Shown piece by piece: positions 10,806 to 22,975 of a DNA stretch of 64,000 nt. The position numbers and the translations under genes were made by a program. The notes beneath the pieces are model-generated. The model did not search any database and was not told where the DNA came from. It saw nothing but the letters and a program-made list of their open reading frames with translations. Source of the stretch: Cyanidioschyzon merolae (taxonomy: Eukaryota). Each line of letters opens with the position of its first letter. Positions within the stretch are counted from its first letter, which is position 1. The stretch lies in NCBI GenBank assembly GCA_000091205.1, contig AP006491.2. One strand, given 5' to 3'.

Positions 10806-12308
10806 GCCCCGGGTACCGCGAGTTGCGGATGGATATGCGACTTGCACGAGAAGCCGAAAGATTGATGCGTTTCTGGTGCGCTCCGAGGAGGTTGAATGGA
10901 GGTTCGCGACGCGTTTGACACGGGTCTCGTGGCGCCGCGGATCGTTCTGCAACAACCGGCCGCATGCTCGCTTCGACGCCGTCTGGTACGGTTTCGCAGG
11001 CTTTGGTATCGCATTTCTCGGAAGCAGCGCAAGCGGCATCGGATGCGTGGAAAGAAAGTGAGACACGGGTTGGTTACAGAGCCGTCCCCGGATTCCGGCA
11101 TGCGTTACTCGCGCTTCGTACGCACTGCAAAGCGTACGCGTTCACGTTATCCAGTCGCGCAGCATGCGCATCGCGTCGGTTGCGTCGACTGAGGCGAACC
11201 CCGTGTCGAGCGCATTCCCAGGTGAGTCGGGGTCCCTGGTACGGTTGCAGTCACGCGACGCCTGCGCCCTCGACGATGCGTGCCCGGCGGTGCATGCTCA
11301 GCTTATCAAGCAGCCGCTATGAATACCGCCGCAGCCGCCGCCACGGAAATGCACCATGTGCGTCATCTGGGTTGCACCCGGCACGAGGCTGACATTCGAA
11401 TACTTTTTAAGGAAAGCCCCCGGTGCCGAGGTACACGCGTGCTGCCGCCTGGCATGGACAAACCGTACCCGTTGCCAAATATGCAGAATGCACCTTGCCA
11501 TCCTTACCAAGATACATTGAGATCCTGCACGCGCTCAGGTCGAGGACGCATGCGTGTCATTCACTGCAAACAAGATACTTGCATCTTTCCAGATGCTTCC
11601 GAATGCGTATATGCTGCATACGCTCAGGAGAATGGCAATACCGGGTCCTATACAAACGCTGGGTCTTTACACGAGCTCCATCGCAGAGACGCCCCGCATG
11701 AAATACAGACTAGATCAACCTTGTCACTCGTTGGACGCCGAGCCTACCTACCGCACTACCCCTACAGAGAGCATACGGCTTTGCCAGACTCCAACGGGCA
11801 CCTGTGCGGCGACGACACCAGCATGTCCATGCGGCTGCACGCATTCCATATGCATGCGTGCGCCTCGTGACTGCAGCGTGAAAGGCCGCGCTTGGAGAAC
11901 GCATATAAAAAGCGCTTTGGAACTGTTTGTGACGCTCTTTACGAACTGCGTATGCGTCACTGATGATCGCTGTAGGCGCCGCGAGATTTGTCGACTCGGG
12001 CAGAGCGTCTGGCTTCGCAAACGAGCGCCTTGAACCTGACGCCATCGACGTATAGGCAGCTCGTGGCGAAGATTTCTGGCGCGAGGGTGCATACCATGCA
12101 CGATCCAGGCCGTTTTTCTGTTGCTTACTCGGTGCCATGTTGCTTGCCTGTGTCTCGTTTTGGATCAGGTTCACAGGCGCGATCATGCGCTGGTCACTGT
12201 GGACGCGCGTGGTCGTCCACCGTGCCTTGTTGAGCGTGCTTCGCAACGGTGCGTGTCCATGAGGCAGCCCTGCCGCTGCCCGAGTGTTGAATAAATACCT
12301 CCAGAGCA

Positions 12309-14633
12309 TTACTCCATGGGTCCAGGTCGGGGCAAGCGGGCGGCAAGCAGCAGGCGCCGCAGCAACGTGCGCTCTGTCGACCGGGCCGTAGACTGCCCTG
12401 CTGCGCATGCGCCCGTCTCATCTGGGCTAGCGTGGGAGCGCTCTGTTGACAAGGCATCGTCGCTGCTGTGGCCCCTGATCGGCCAGAAGCGTGTGCGAAA
12501 CCTGGAACTAGCCGCACACATCGTGCTGGGCGCCACCTGTTGTTCTCGTTCTTGCTGCTGCTGCTGCTGCTGCTCCGCTGCTGTGCCGGGTGCGGCAGCC
12601 TCGAGGTCCGCCAAGCCCGACCGAGTCACATCTGTCATTTGAATGCAGTATGCGGAACGACTCCGACGAATGGACAAGGCGTCGTCGTAGCCTTCGTCAA
12701 TTTCATCGTCGGCTTCGTCTTCAGGATCACTATAGTGGCTGCTTGCGCCGATTTCGGCTCGCCTTGGGGCATCAGGACCCGAAATAACCAGATCACCGGC
12801 ACCCTGCACCACTGGATCTCCATACGAGGATCCACTCGGCGGGATTGCAGAGGCTGCCAACGAATCGTAACTCGTCGAGGCCGATGACGGTAGCGGAGCT
12901 GTTCGACCTGCGATAGCCGACGACGACCCGTTTCCCGTGTCATCGGTTCCGTCGAGCGACATCCGCTGATTGTCCAACAACGATACGCCGGGCTGCGAAT
13001 GCAGCGACGCGGTCGAATCCCTGCGATCTTGCGCTGCTGTGGGCAGCAACGAAGGGCCGTCGGTGCCGTCGGCCGATGCCGCCCGCGCAGCACTGCCCGG
13101 GGCATCCGTCGACTTTTTAGGCCTTCGCGGTACGGTTTCGCTGGTGTCTTTGCGACGACCGCGCAGCGCTAGCTTTTTCAGGTCAACCTCCCGAATGGAG
13201 ATGTAGCCCGCGCCGCGCAGCCGCGATAACGGCATTCGCATACCCAGCACCGCGCGACTACTCAACGTGTCGGGAGCGCCGTGCGCACCGTAGCTGCTCG
13301 AGAGCAGCATCGAGGTCGTCGCCGAGCGCGCTAGGTCGATTGAGCGACGCGGAAGGGTTATGTCACTGGTTGCGATTGGCGCTGGGGCACCGCCGCCTGC
13401 TCTGGTGGCGACCGCCTCCGCAGGTCGAGCTGCAGACGCTTCGCAGCTCCGGGAGGTGCCATACCCGGCCACAGTACCGCTGCTGGCGGACAGGAAGCGC
13501 TCGGCATGTGCACGTGTGACGGGCTGTTTGCTCTGCATATCATAGTAAACATCGGATTCGTCCACAATCTCCTGCTTCAGCAAATCTTCAATGATATCTT
13601 CCAAGGTGACGATGCCTAAAAAGTGGCGCTCCTTGGGTCGCTTACTCTGTGGGCGCTCATAAACAATAGCCATATGACTGTGCCCGCGCTGAAACTCTGC
13701 CAGCAGCACCTCCAGGCTGGTGCTTCTCGAGACCTCCAACGGTGCCGTAGCGATCACACAGCGATCCGCGTAGCGCAACATGATATCGCGCACGGTAAGG
13801 CGCTCGCTCGGCGAGTACGCAATAAGACCTTTCACCAGCAGGTAAGCAACGATATTATCGCGGGCACCGTCGTAGAGCGGCACCCGAGAATGCCCCTTGT
13901 GGACCAATTCGAGGGCAAGCCTACTGTCCAGCACCTGATCCAGGGAGAGCATGTACACATCATCAGCAGCAGTCATGACGTCCCCTGCGGTACGTTCGCG
14001 CAGCATCAGGGTCGCCTGCAACATTGCCGACTCCTCGCGGCCGAGGTCGCCGACGTGGTGTTCATCCATGAACTGGAGAAGCGAGCTCAACTCGTTCCGG
14101 TTCATTGCTCGCACGCCTAGCACACTCTTGCCCACGGTCTTGTCGAGAATCCAGGCCAGCGGGAAGGTTATCGGGTAAAAGACAACCAGCACGATACGCA
14201 TGACTCGGGCACAAGCGGCTGCTAGGCGCAAACCATACGCTGGTTGCAGCGCGTACACAACAGGGAGCATGTTGCCGAAGACAAACACCAGCGCGGTCGA
14301 CAGGACCAGCGACATGCCCGTACCGCCCGATAGCAGCGCATCTGCGAGCAGGGCGGTAAGCTCCTGGGCACCCGTACTGATCAGGACGAGCGTCACGAGC
14401 AACAAGTTTCCGCGCCTCCGCAGTGGAAGCAGCGTCAGTGCTTGCTGTTGGTATGCACTCCGCGTGTCCTTGCTTAGCGCTTCCAAATAAACCACATCGA
14501 TAGAGAACAGGGCCTGTGCCAGCGCCGCTGTCACTGCACACAACGCCACCGTTATGAGTAACGCTCCAACGAGTACTGGAAAGCGCACGCGCTCCAGGGA
14601 AGGAACTCCGGCTGCTGGTGCTCGGCCAGACAT
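12309..14633 (-). CDS. CNNM/Mam3-type metal (Mg2+) transporter: DUF21 transmembrane domain + CBS pair, long disordered Ser/Ala/polyQ-rich C-terminus
   Basis: DUF21 TM region ('FPVLVGALLITVALCAVTAALAQALFS...LVLSTALVFVFGNMLPVVYA...'). CBS-pair region ('ESAMLQATLMLRERTAGDVMT...HSHMAIVYE...FLGIVTLEDIIEDLL'). The track 5' end at 14972 is a GTG; the only upstream-most ATG in frame is at 14633 (MSGRAPAAG). An in-frame (GCT/CAG)n at 12553-12583 encodes polyQ. Confidence 0.85.
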   Translation of the reverse strand: MSGRAPAAGVPSLERVRFPVLVGALLITVALCAVTAALAQALFSIDVVYLEALSKDTRSAYQQQALTLLPLRRRGNLLLVTLVLISTGAQELTALLADALLSGGTGMSLVLSTALVFVFGNMLPVVYALQPAYGLRLAAACARVMRIVLVVFYPITFPLAWILDKTVGKSVLGVRAMNRNELSSLLQFMDEHHVGDLGREESAMLQATLMLRERTAGDVMTAADDVYMLSLDQVLDSRLALELVHKGHSRVPLYDGARDNIVAYLLVKGLIAYSPSERLTVRDIMLRYADRCVIATAPLEVSRSTSLEVLLAEFQRGHSHMAIVYERPQSKRPKERHFLGIVTLEDIIEDLLKQEIVDESDVYYDMQSKQPVTRAHAERFLSASSGTVAGYGTSRSCEASAARPAEAVATRAGGGAPAPIATSDITLPRRSIDLARSATTSMLLSSSYGAHGAPDTLSSRAVLGMRMPLSRLRGAGYISIREVDLKKLALRGRRKDTSETVPRRPKKSTDAPGSAARAASADGTDGPSLLPTAAQDRRDSTASLHSQPGVSLLDNQRMSLDGTDDTGNGSSSAIAGRTAPLPSSASTSYDSLAASAIPPSGSSYGDPVVQGAGDLVISGPDAPRRAEIGASSHYSDPEDEADDEIDEGYDDALSIRRSRSAYCIQMTDVTRSGLADLEAAAPGTAAEQQQQQQQEREQQVAPSTMCAASSRFRTRFWPIRGHSSDDALSTERSHASPDETGACAAGQSTARSTERTLLRRLLLAARLPRPGPME

Positions 14634-14870
14634 GACCTCGATCACCAGCAGCCAATCAGGGCTGGAGTTCCCCGACGTACCCCAGTAGCTCGATAGTGTA
14701 CGCGGTACGGAACCTGTTCGGTAACCGCTCAAGACGCCCGCCTGCACCCAGAGGTCCAGGTCGCTGGACGCGTTTACCAGCCAGCACAGCGCCGCGTTCC
14801 GGAGCGTTCGCTCTACGGCCTCCCCGTGTGACTCGAGTTCGGTTTGACGTCCACACGCCCGCCCGCACGC

Positions 14871-14893
14871 ACGCACACACACACACACACAAA
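14871..14893. repeat. (CA)n dinucleotide microsatellite
   Basis: cacacacacacacacacacaaac, just upstream of the CNNM start. Confidence 0.9.
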
Positions 14894-17004
14894 CAGCCAA
14901 GGAAATACGGTACCGGTCGTGGTAGTCGAACAAGGCTGCTGTCGGGGTCGTGCGGGCAGCGCCCCAGCGCACATAGTGCTACCGTTGCGACGCGCCCGCC
15001 TCTACATCCACGGTCGGTGAACATCAAGTGGTGGACTGCTCGCTATTTGCCTGATTTTCGACTTCTATTCCCGGAGTTTCTTCTGGGGTGTACAGGCTCG
15101 ACATTGAAATCCTAGTAAGAAATGCTTACGGATCCATGTATCATAGTATGCGTCTCAGTCACGTCTTTGGAGTGATTTGTTCGACGCTTTGCCGCTGGAA
15201 CTCGGTACGTTCACAGAATCACGATGCCTCACGTCGCCGTCGAACAGGCTTTCGTCGAATAACCGGTATCACGATCAGATTCGCACGTACGGGTTACACG
15301 CTTCTCCTTTGTGCATGTGCGGCATGCTAGAATCATGCACGTTTCAAGCTTTATGCTTGATGGCGCAAGGGCGCAGGAAATCCCACCGCTAGCGTGACGG
15401 CTATGAAAGTCATCGTCGTCTGCTGGCGACATGTTCACCAGCTCAAGCCGAATAATCGCTGAACTTGTCTCATCGGATAATCAATTTCGTTCGAAAGACA
15501 TATCGTTCTCTCTTTGTGGCTTTCTAGGAGACGCCATGCAACTGCGGCACGACACTTGTCGCTGGGTATGCGGCCAGAGGCTCTGGTCTCCTATTGTTTT
15601 GCATGGACATGGGTCCTGTAATTGGACTTTATTCATCGCAGCAATCGTTTCTAGTACAGGCTGCGTCACCGCTTTGTATGAAAGGGGCGTAGACGGATCG
15701 AAACCTTTCGAGTTGGTGTCCAGTCCGGAGTTTCCATCCAGTCCTTTTTCATCACGGATAACATTGCATGCAAAAAATCATTGATCAAATGGAGCAGCGT
15801 GCGCTTGTGCGTGCAGTGGGCAACGTATTCGCCGAGGATTGATACCGCCCAGGAGAAACCCGTGCTCATAGGCCACGGCACCTGATGTCGAAATGGAGAA
15901 GGGAATCGAGTGCATCCTTCCGCACCCAGCAAGGCTATGCATCGAGCATGCACATGTCGCCGAGCGGCGCTCAGAGAAGGACGCGGACGAGATGGTAGTG
16001 GTGTTGGTGATGCTGGTAGTACTGCGAAGGACACTTGGAAAGCCCTAACCACAGTCAAAGGTCATCGCTGCGAGCAGCACACCGGGGCTGTATCCCAAGA
16101 ACATGAGAATTACAAGCGAAGTATAGACCGTAACTACCCTCTGTACATGAAATGCGTAGAAAACTGCTGGGAGCAACGTAACAGGGACTCGAACTGTACC
16201 ATGAACATCCCTCGACTGCTGACAATGCAGCTGAAGGGAAGGATAGACCGGCTTACGTAAAGCCGCCGATGCGGGAGAGGAAACGGGAACAGTCGCAGAA
16301 AAAGCGCGCCAAAGCTTGTGTCGAACAAAATGGGAAGACATTCATGATTTAGGCTATACGCCGGCCTTAGCTTGGCAGACCTGCTCCATGCTATGCTGAG
16401 ACGGGTATGGGCGGCAGACAGACACGCGGATGCGCAAAGCTATGCACCACACACATTCATGGGGTAAACATGCGCATGCTGAATCCGTGATATGTATGGT
16501 TGCAGGCTGATTTTGCTGATGCTGCAGCGACGACACATTTGTGTATAAAACTGTACAGTTTATCCCATAACATACCCTAGGATACCACAGCGCAGTGCGA
16601 TGACGCCTCCTGAATCGCGACCCCATCCGGTAACTACGATAGACTACGCCACACGCTCCGTTTCAGAACGGCGAGTGCCACCACTGCCTACACCCGACTT
16701 TGCCCTGGGCGACGACGACGACGACGACGACTACCCGGTGTCGTTTCATCACCTGCGCTCAGCGAGTTGCCCTGCCGCTCCTTGAATGCACCACCAAAGA
16801 CCGAGCCTGGCGGAGCAGCGAAGCCAAAGCGCTAAGCTCTAGCTCCTGGAGAGGTTCGCGGCGCGCCTGGAGAAAGCGCCTGCAGTGTGGCCAAGGACTC
16901 ACACTGGTCTCCAGAATAGCTTCGGTGCGGCACGCTCGTTACATTGGTGGCACGTTTCCGCGAACTGTGACGGGTAACGAAGCTTTTGAATCGAACGTTG
17001 GTCT

Positions 17005-20000
17005 ATGGGTACCCAGACTCTAGTGCCGGACGAGAAAAGCACGAATGCTACCATAACGTGCGTTCTGCGAGCCACGAACCGCTTTCGAGACTGCTTTGTT
17101 GCAGTGCCGTCGGCGCTGGCAGCGTTCCTTGAAAAGTCTCTGCCTCCTACCGGCAGTTCGACAACCAGCGCGGTGGCAGAGGCGCAACTCGCACGCACTC
17201 TCCAAGAACATGTCGTGCCGTTGCTTCTCAACAACCAGCTGTTGGTCGGCTGGCATCGTGGTCGTCTCTCTCGTACCATAGCTACACGGCTGCGTCCAGA
17301 GGTGGAGATCGCGTCGGAGCTTGCAGCATGCAACGGTCTGCTGGTGCGCGATGCCGCACCTGCCGTGTCGTCGACTGCGCAAACGACTACAGCAGCAGCA
17401 GCAGCAGCAGCAGCAGCGCCCGTGCACCGTAGAGCCTCTGCGGCGGCCAGACCGGACCTGCCAACAGCGTCACCGCCGCCCGGCGACAGCCGAACAAAGC
17501 CGGGGAACAGAGCATCCGCAGATGCCAGTCTGGAAACGGTGACTGTTCAAGTTTCCGTCGTACCCCGAAACGAACTGGAGATAGCGGAGCGTGTTATTCT
17601 CGAAGCGCTGGACGAAGAGAATTGGCAACGGCTGCACCAGCACCGAGAATGGATTGAGCGAGAGCTCCTGCGCCAACTCCGACTTGTACAATGGGATCAA
17701 TGCATCCCTATCTATCTAGTGGATCAGCCACAGCCTGTGCTTGTTACGGTGCGCCAAGTTCGCATCACCGAGACGGTCGCACTGAAGCAGCATTTGCTGG
17801 GCGCTGCCGGCACTCACAACTCGCTCGTGCAGGGATCCGTTCGTGGCTATTGGCTGAGTTTGGGCACTGAATTGGTTTTCGTTCCACCGGGCTGGGCTGC
17901 AGGCTCCGCGACTGACGACGACGGGAATGCGTCGCCGAACGCTGTCTCACACAACATGAAACCAGAGCTTCGGGTCCGCGTAGTACCAGCAGTTGGTGAA
18001 GTCGACGGTCCAGAGTGCCTGGGTGCAACGGGAACCGTCCACCCGGAGACGCTTATAGCCCTGGGCATGCCACGCAAGCAGTTGCTGGATACCAGTAGTA
18101 ACAGCAGCAGCAGCACCAAGACACCTGCAGCGTCGCTGGTGCTCGTGTGGGAGCCAGCGGATGCCGCTACAGATGCTCCGGGGTCAGTGGTGTTGTCTGT
18201 AACCGTCGATTCGAGCGTACCGCCCTTTCACGTTCGAACTGCATACGCACCGCCGTTCTGCTGGGCGCGGGCGCACGACCTCTGCGTTGGAACTGGCCGG
18301 GACTCCTCGGCTGCGTCCTCGATTCGACGCTACGACTGGGGCCAACTGCCTGTTGTGTACGGCAACCAGAGCGGCAAGCAACTGGTGGAATACCTTGTGG
18401 AAGCTTTGGAGCCAGTTTTTGCCGCATATCAAAGCACGCCGCCGGTTCGGTTTTCGCGCTTACAGGGACGCGTTGTGCTCCTCGGCGGTGCCGCTGGCTC
18501 CGGTAAGTCGCATGTCGCCTGGGCAATCGCCATGCATTGTAGCTTGCGCTGTCGTCTGCAACCACGGCCCGTGTACATCCCATGTCGCTCTATCTTCCAG
18601 TCTGGGGCGAGCTACCACAGCGAAGGGATCCGCCAGCTACTCGATGACCTAGTCGGAGGCATGGCTGGTCGACCCGCCGTTCTTGTACTGGACGATTTGG
18701 ATGCGCTTTTGGCTGACGAGACCGGTATCGCCAGCGCTGGAATAACGAACGCTTCCAGTGGACGGGCGCTGGGCTTGCCGAACCTCATGGAGCAGATTGC
18801 TGCCGTCCTGGAACGTTGCACACAGCTCGCCAACGTAGCCATCATCGTTACCGTGACGATGGAACGCGTAGGCACCGCTGCGGGACCGCTGCTCCCCGGC
18901 GGCATAAGCGGTGACGTGCTGGACACGCGACATGAACTTCCCTTGCCCAGCACTGAACAGGAGAAAAGTGCTTTTGCAGGTCGAGTACACGAGAGTGAAA
19001 TTGCCGATCTGCACACCCCGGCAGACTTGCTTAAAGTCGCGCTGCTTCGGAGCATCTTCAAAGATGAAGCAGAGGCGGTATCTGCAACCGGTGCCCTGCA
19101 GCCGCTGCTGGGCAACGCGCTGGTGACCCCGACGGATGTTGCCGGAACTGACCAACCGGTACTCGCGGATCTGGGCGGGCTCGAGAAAGCGAAAACCGTT
19201 CTCGTGGACACTTTCGTGCTACCACTACGCTTTCCAGTCATCTATCGCCAGGCACCGATTCGCTTACCAGCCGGTGTACTGCTCTACGGGATGCCGGGCA
19301 CGGGAAAGACGGCATTAGTGCAAGCCGCCGTTGCCGAAGCGGGCCTCCGGCTTGTGCACATCAAGGGTCCTGAGCTCCTGAACAAGTACGTGGGTGCCAG
19401 CGAAGCCTCCGTGCGAGCGCTCTTCTCCAAGGCACGACAGCAACGGCCTTGTGTGATCTTTTTCGATGAATTCGAAAGCCTTGCCCCGAAGCGAGGCGGG
19501 ACCGGTGAGCGCAGTACCGGCGTCACTGACCGCATCGTGAACGCTTTATTAACGGAAATGGATGGCGTTGAATCTCTGGACACTGGCGTGTTTGTGGTCG
19601 CAGCGACATGTCGCCCGGATCTGGTGGATCCTGCGCTGTTGCGGCCCGGACGTATTGATCAGTGGATTCGACTGGACCCGCCAGCGCACATGTCAGAGCG
19701 TCAAGCGATCCTCCAGCGGTGTACCCGGGACTGGTTCATCATCGATAGGCGCACTGGACAGCCACTTGATGACGCTCAGCGGGAAAAGCTGCTTGCGATG
19801 CTCGCGGAGCAAACATCTGGATCAACGGGAGCCGATCTGGCTGCGCTGTGCTCCTCGACGCTGATCTGCGCTGAGAAGCGCATGGCGGCAGAGGCAGCAT
19901 CGGGAACTGTGCTCGCTGCAGCAACGACTGCGAGCACACTGCACGTGACTGAACAACTTGTGGTGCTACCTGAGGACTTTACTGCAGCACTCAGTACGCA

Positions 20001-20121
20001 CCGCGTTTCGCTGCCTGCGTCGGAGCGTCAACTGTACCTCTGGGCTATGGCGCAGTTTGAGGGCAAGCGCGCCACCGACCAAGCCATGGACCATGGATCG
20101 AGACGCGTGATGTTGCAATAG
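17005..20121 (+). CDS. PEX1: peroxisome biogenesis factor 1 (PEX1) AAA-ATPase, two AAA domains
   Basis: ATG at 17005. N-terminal 'NRFRDCFVAVPSALAAFL' resembles the PEX1 N-domain ('NARDCFLHLP'). D1 Walker A 'GGAAGSGKSHVAWAIA' and degenerate Walker B 'LVLDDLDALL'. D2 Walker A 'GMPGTGKTALV', Walker B 'VIFFDEFESLAPKRG', SRH 'VVAATCRPDLVDPALLRPGRID'. 1038 aa. In-frame (GCA)n polyAla at ~17389-17417. Confidence 0.85.
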   Translation: MGTQTLVPDEKSTNATITCVLRATNRFRDCFVAVPSALAAFLEKSLPPTGSSTTSAVAEAQLARTLQEHVVPLLLNNQLLVGWHRGRLSRTIATRLRPEVEIASELAACNGLLVRDAAPAVSSTAQTTTAAAAAAAAAPVHRRASAAARPDLPTASPPPGDSRTKPGNRASADASLETVTVQVSVVPRNELEIAERVILEALDEENWQRLHQHREWIERELLRQLRLVQWDQCIPIYLVDQPQPVLVTVRQVRITETVALKQHLLGAAGTHNSLVQGSVRGYWLSLGTELVFVPPGWAAGSATDDDGNASPNAVSHNMKPELRVRVVPAVGEVDGPECLGATGTVHPETLIALGMPRKQLLDTSSNSSSSTKTPAASLVLVWEPADAATDAPGSVVLSVTVDSSVPPFHVRTAYAPPFCWARAHDLCVGTGRDSSAASSIRRYDWGQLPVVYGNQSGKQLVEYLVEALEPVFAAYQSTPPVRFSRLQGRVVLLGGAAGSGKSHVAWAIAMHCSLRCRLQPRPVYIPCRSIFQSGASYHSEGIRQLLDDLVGGMAGRPAVLVLDDLDALLADETGIASAGITNASSGRALGLPNLMEQIAAVLERCTQLANVAIIVTVTMERVGTAAGPLLPGGISGDVLDTRHELPLPSTEQEKSAFAGRVHESEIADLHTPADLLKVALLRSIFKDEAEAVSATGALQPLLGNALVTPTDVAGTDQPVLADLGGLEKAKTVLVDTFVLPLRFPVIYRQAPIRLPAGVLLYGMPGTGKTALVQAAVAEAGLRLVHIKGPELLNKYVGASEASVRALFSKARQQRPCVIFFDEFESLAPKRGGTGERSTGVTDRIVNALLTEMDGVESLDTGVFVVAATCRPDLVDPALLRPGRIDQWIRLDPPAHMSERQAILQRCTRDWFIIDRRTGQPLDDAQREKLLAMLAEQTSGSTGADLAALCSSTLICAEKRMAAEAASGTVLAAATTASTLHVTEQLVVLPEDFTAALSTHRVSLPASERQLYLWAMAQFEGKRATDQAMDHGSRRVMLQ

Positions 20122-20135
20122 GGAGGATGCACAGA

Positions 20136-20143
20136 AGGAAGGG

Positions 20144-20188
<45 letters not shown>

Positions 20189-20190
20189 GA
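20136..20190. repeat. (TTGC)n tetranucleotide microsatellite, ~12 units
   Basis: ggttgcttgcttgcttgc...ttgctg, immediately 3' of the PEX1 stop. Confidence 0.95.
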
Positions 20191-21009
20191 TGCTGCAGGC
20201 ACTCGAAAGCGAGGATGCGAGACCAGCGCACGTCCACTCTGGCTGTTCCGTTAGACCGCACTGGTACCGCGTACAGCGATGCACAGCCGGGTCACTGCTG
20301 CGTCGTCTCGTGTGCCCATACCATTCAGTTCGTCGCTGTGGTTATGAGGTTGACGTCCCGTTTCTGGGCTCTGAGCGCCGCGCTGTCAAGTAGGATGCGA
20401 CATCTGGAGCGCGCTCCGGGGTTATCTTTTACTGGGCCTCGCATGATTTTGGCGACCAATTTCCATCATCATGCAGAATCGATATCTGGTGGCTGGGGGA
20501 AACGATAACGCGAGCACTGCATCTCGCTTCGGATCTCATAAACGACATCGAAGCGGACGATACTGCACTCGTGTACGCGCGTGTATGTATCATAATGGCA
20601 GTAACCCACTGTATAACGATATCCGCAGCGCGCAGCACGACCGTCTAACGACCAGCGCGGCGCTTTGGAACGCACTCTACGAGAACGACGTCAAGTGACA
20701 GGTCCCGCCGGCCTGGTACAGGATACTTTGTGCAGCTGGTACACGCTCCAAGGCCAGATCAGTCTGCTTGGAACGAAGCCTCACCGATGGTCTGCATGCG
20801 CTGAACCAGTGAGCCTGTACCGACCTGGAGGCATCGAGAAGGTGCTGTATGCGATCGGCATGACCGAGTTAGACCAGGTGCGGGGAACCAGGTACTGCGG
20901 TCCGTGGCTTGCTCCAACGAAAGCACCGAAACCGGGACGATCCTGGGCTCATTCCACGCATCATTGACGAGCAAGGCGAGCTCCTCCTGGAGCCCGCTCC
21001 CGAGCGCCT

Positions 21010-22975
21010 CCCAAACAGATACATGGACACAGCTGGTACCCGAAACGTTCAGACGCCCAGAAGCATCCGGATATCTGCGCGCGGATATTGCCGGGAACCT
21101 CCTGCTTCAACGATACGCACTGCTTCAAGTTTGTAACGATTCCAAATGAATGCTCCTTGTTGACTCCATATGGGACAAACAGATACATGGACACAGCTGG
21201 TACCCGAAACGTTCAGACGCCCAGCAGCATCCGGATATCTGCGCGCGGGTATTGCCGGGAACCTCCTGCTTCAACGATACGCACTGCTTCAAGTTTGTAA
21301 CGATTCCAAATGAATGCTCCTTGTTGACTCCATATGGGACAAACAGATACATGGACACAGCTGGTACCCGAAACGTTCAGAGGCCCAGCAGCATCCGGAT
21401 ATCTGCGCGCGGATATTGCCGGGAACCTCCTGCTTCAACGATACGCACTGCTTCAAGTTTGTAACGATTCCAAATGAATGCTCCTTGTTGACTCCATATG
21501 GGACAAACAGATACATGGACACAGCTGGTACCCGAAACGTTCAGACGCCCAGAAGCATCCGGATATCTGCGCGCGGGTATTGCCGGGAACCTCCTGCTTC
21601 AACGATACGCACTGCTTCAAGTTTGTAACGATTCCAAATGAATGCTCCTTGTTGACTCCATATGGGACAAACAGATACATGGACACAGCTGGTACCCGAA
21701 ACGTTCAGACGCCCAGAAGCATCCGGATATCTGCGCGCGGGTATTGCCGGGAACCTCCTGCTTCAACGATACGCACTGCTTCAAGTTTGTAACGATTCCA
21801 AATGAATGCTCCTTGTTGACTCCATATGGGACAAACAGATACATGGACACAGCTGGTACCCGAAACGTTCAGACGCCCAGCAGCATCCGGATATCTGCGC
21901 GCGGGTATTGCCGGGAACCTCCTGCTTCAACGATACGCACTGCTTCAAGTTTGTAACGATTCCAAATGAATGCTCCTTGTTGACTCCATATGTGACAAAC
22001 AGATACATGGACACAGCTGGTACCCGAAACGTTCAGACGCCCAGAAGCATCCGGATATCTGCGCGCGGGTATTGCCGGGAACCTCCTGCTTCAACGATAC
22101 GCACTGCTTCAAGTTTGTAACGATTCCAAATGAATGCTCCTTGTTGACTCCATATGGGACAAACAGATACATGGACACAGCTGGTACCCGAAACGTTCAG
22201 ACGCCCAGAAGCATCCGGATATCTGCGCGCGGGTATTGCCGGGAACCTCCTGCTTCAACGATACGCACTGCTTCAAGTTTGTAACGATTCCAAATGAATG
22301 CTCCTTGTTGACTCCATATGGGACAAACAGATACATGGACACAGCTGGTACCCGAAACGTTCAGACGCCCAGAAGCATCCGGATATCTGCGCGCGGATAT
22401 TGCCGGGAACCTCCTGCTTCAACGATACGCACTGCTTCAAGTTTGTAACGATTCCAAATGAATGCTCCTTGTTGACTCCATATGGGACAAACAGATACAT
22501 GGACACAGCTGGTACCCGAAACGTTCAGACGCCCAGAAGCATCCGGATATCTGCGCGCGGGTATTGCCGGGAACCTCCTGCTTCAACGATACGCACTGCT
22601 TCAAGTTTGTAACGATTCCAAATGAATGCTCCTTGTTGACTCCATATGGGACAAACAGATACATGGACACAGCTGGTACCCGAAACGTTCAGACGCCCAG
22701 CAGCATCCGGATATCTGCGCGCGGGTATTGCCGGGAACCTCCTGCTTCAACGATACGCACTGCTTCAAGTTTGTAACGATTCCAAATGAATGCTCCTTGT
22801 TGACTCCATATGTGACAAACAGATACATGGACACAGCTGGTACCCGAAACGTTCAGACGCCCAGCAGCATCCGGATATCTGCGCGCGGGTATTGCCGGAA
22901 ACCTCCTGCTTCAACGATACGCACTGCTTCAAGTTTGTAACGATTCCAAATGAATGCTCCTTGTTGACTCCATAT
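21010..22975. repeat. satellite DNA, 164-bp monomer x ~12 tandem copies (>95% identity)
   Basis: Unit beginning 'cagatacatggacacagctggtacccgaaacgttcagacgcccag...' recurs every 164 bp from ~21017 to ~22821. The track's periodic 104-aa (+) and 77-aa (-) ORFs at 164-bp spacing are artefacts of this array. Confidence 0.95.

Noticed and set aside
21150-22940. Series of near-identical 104-aa (+) and 77-aa (-) ORFs every 164 bp
   Set aside because: They are read-through translations of the 164-bp satellite. The identical peptides repeat with the monomer and span unit boundaries, so this is not a gene family.
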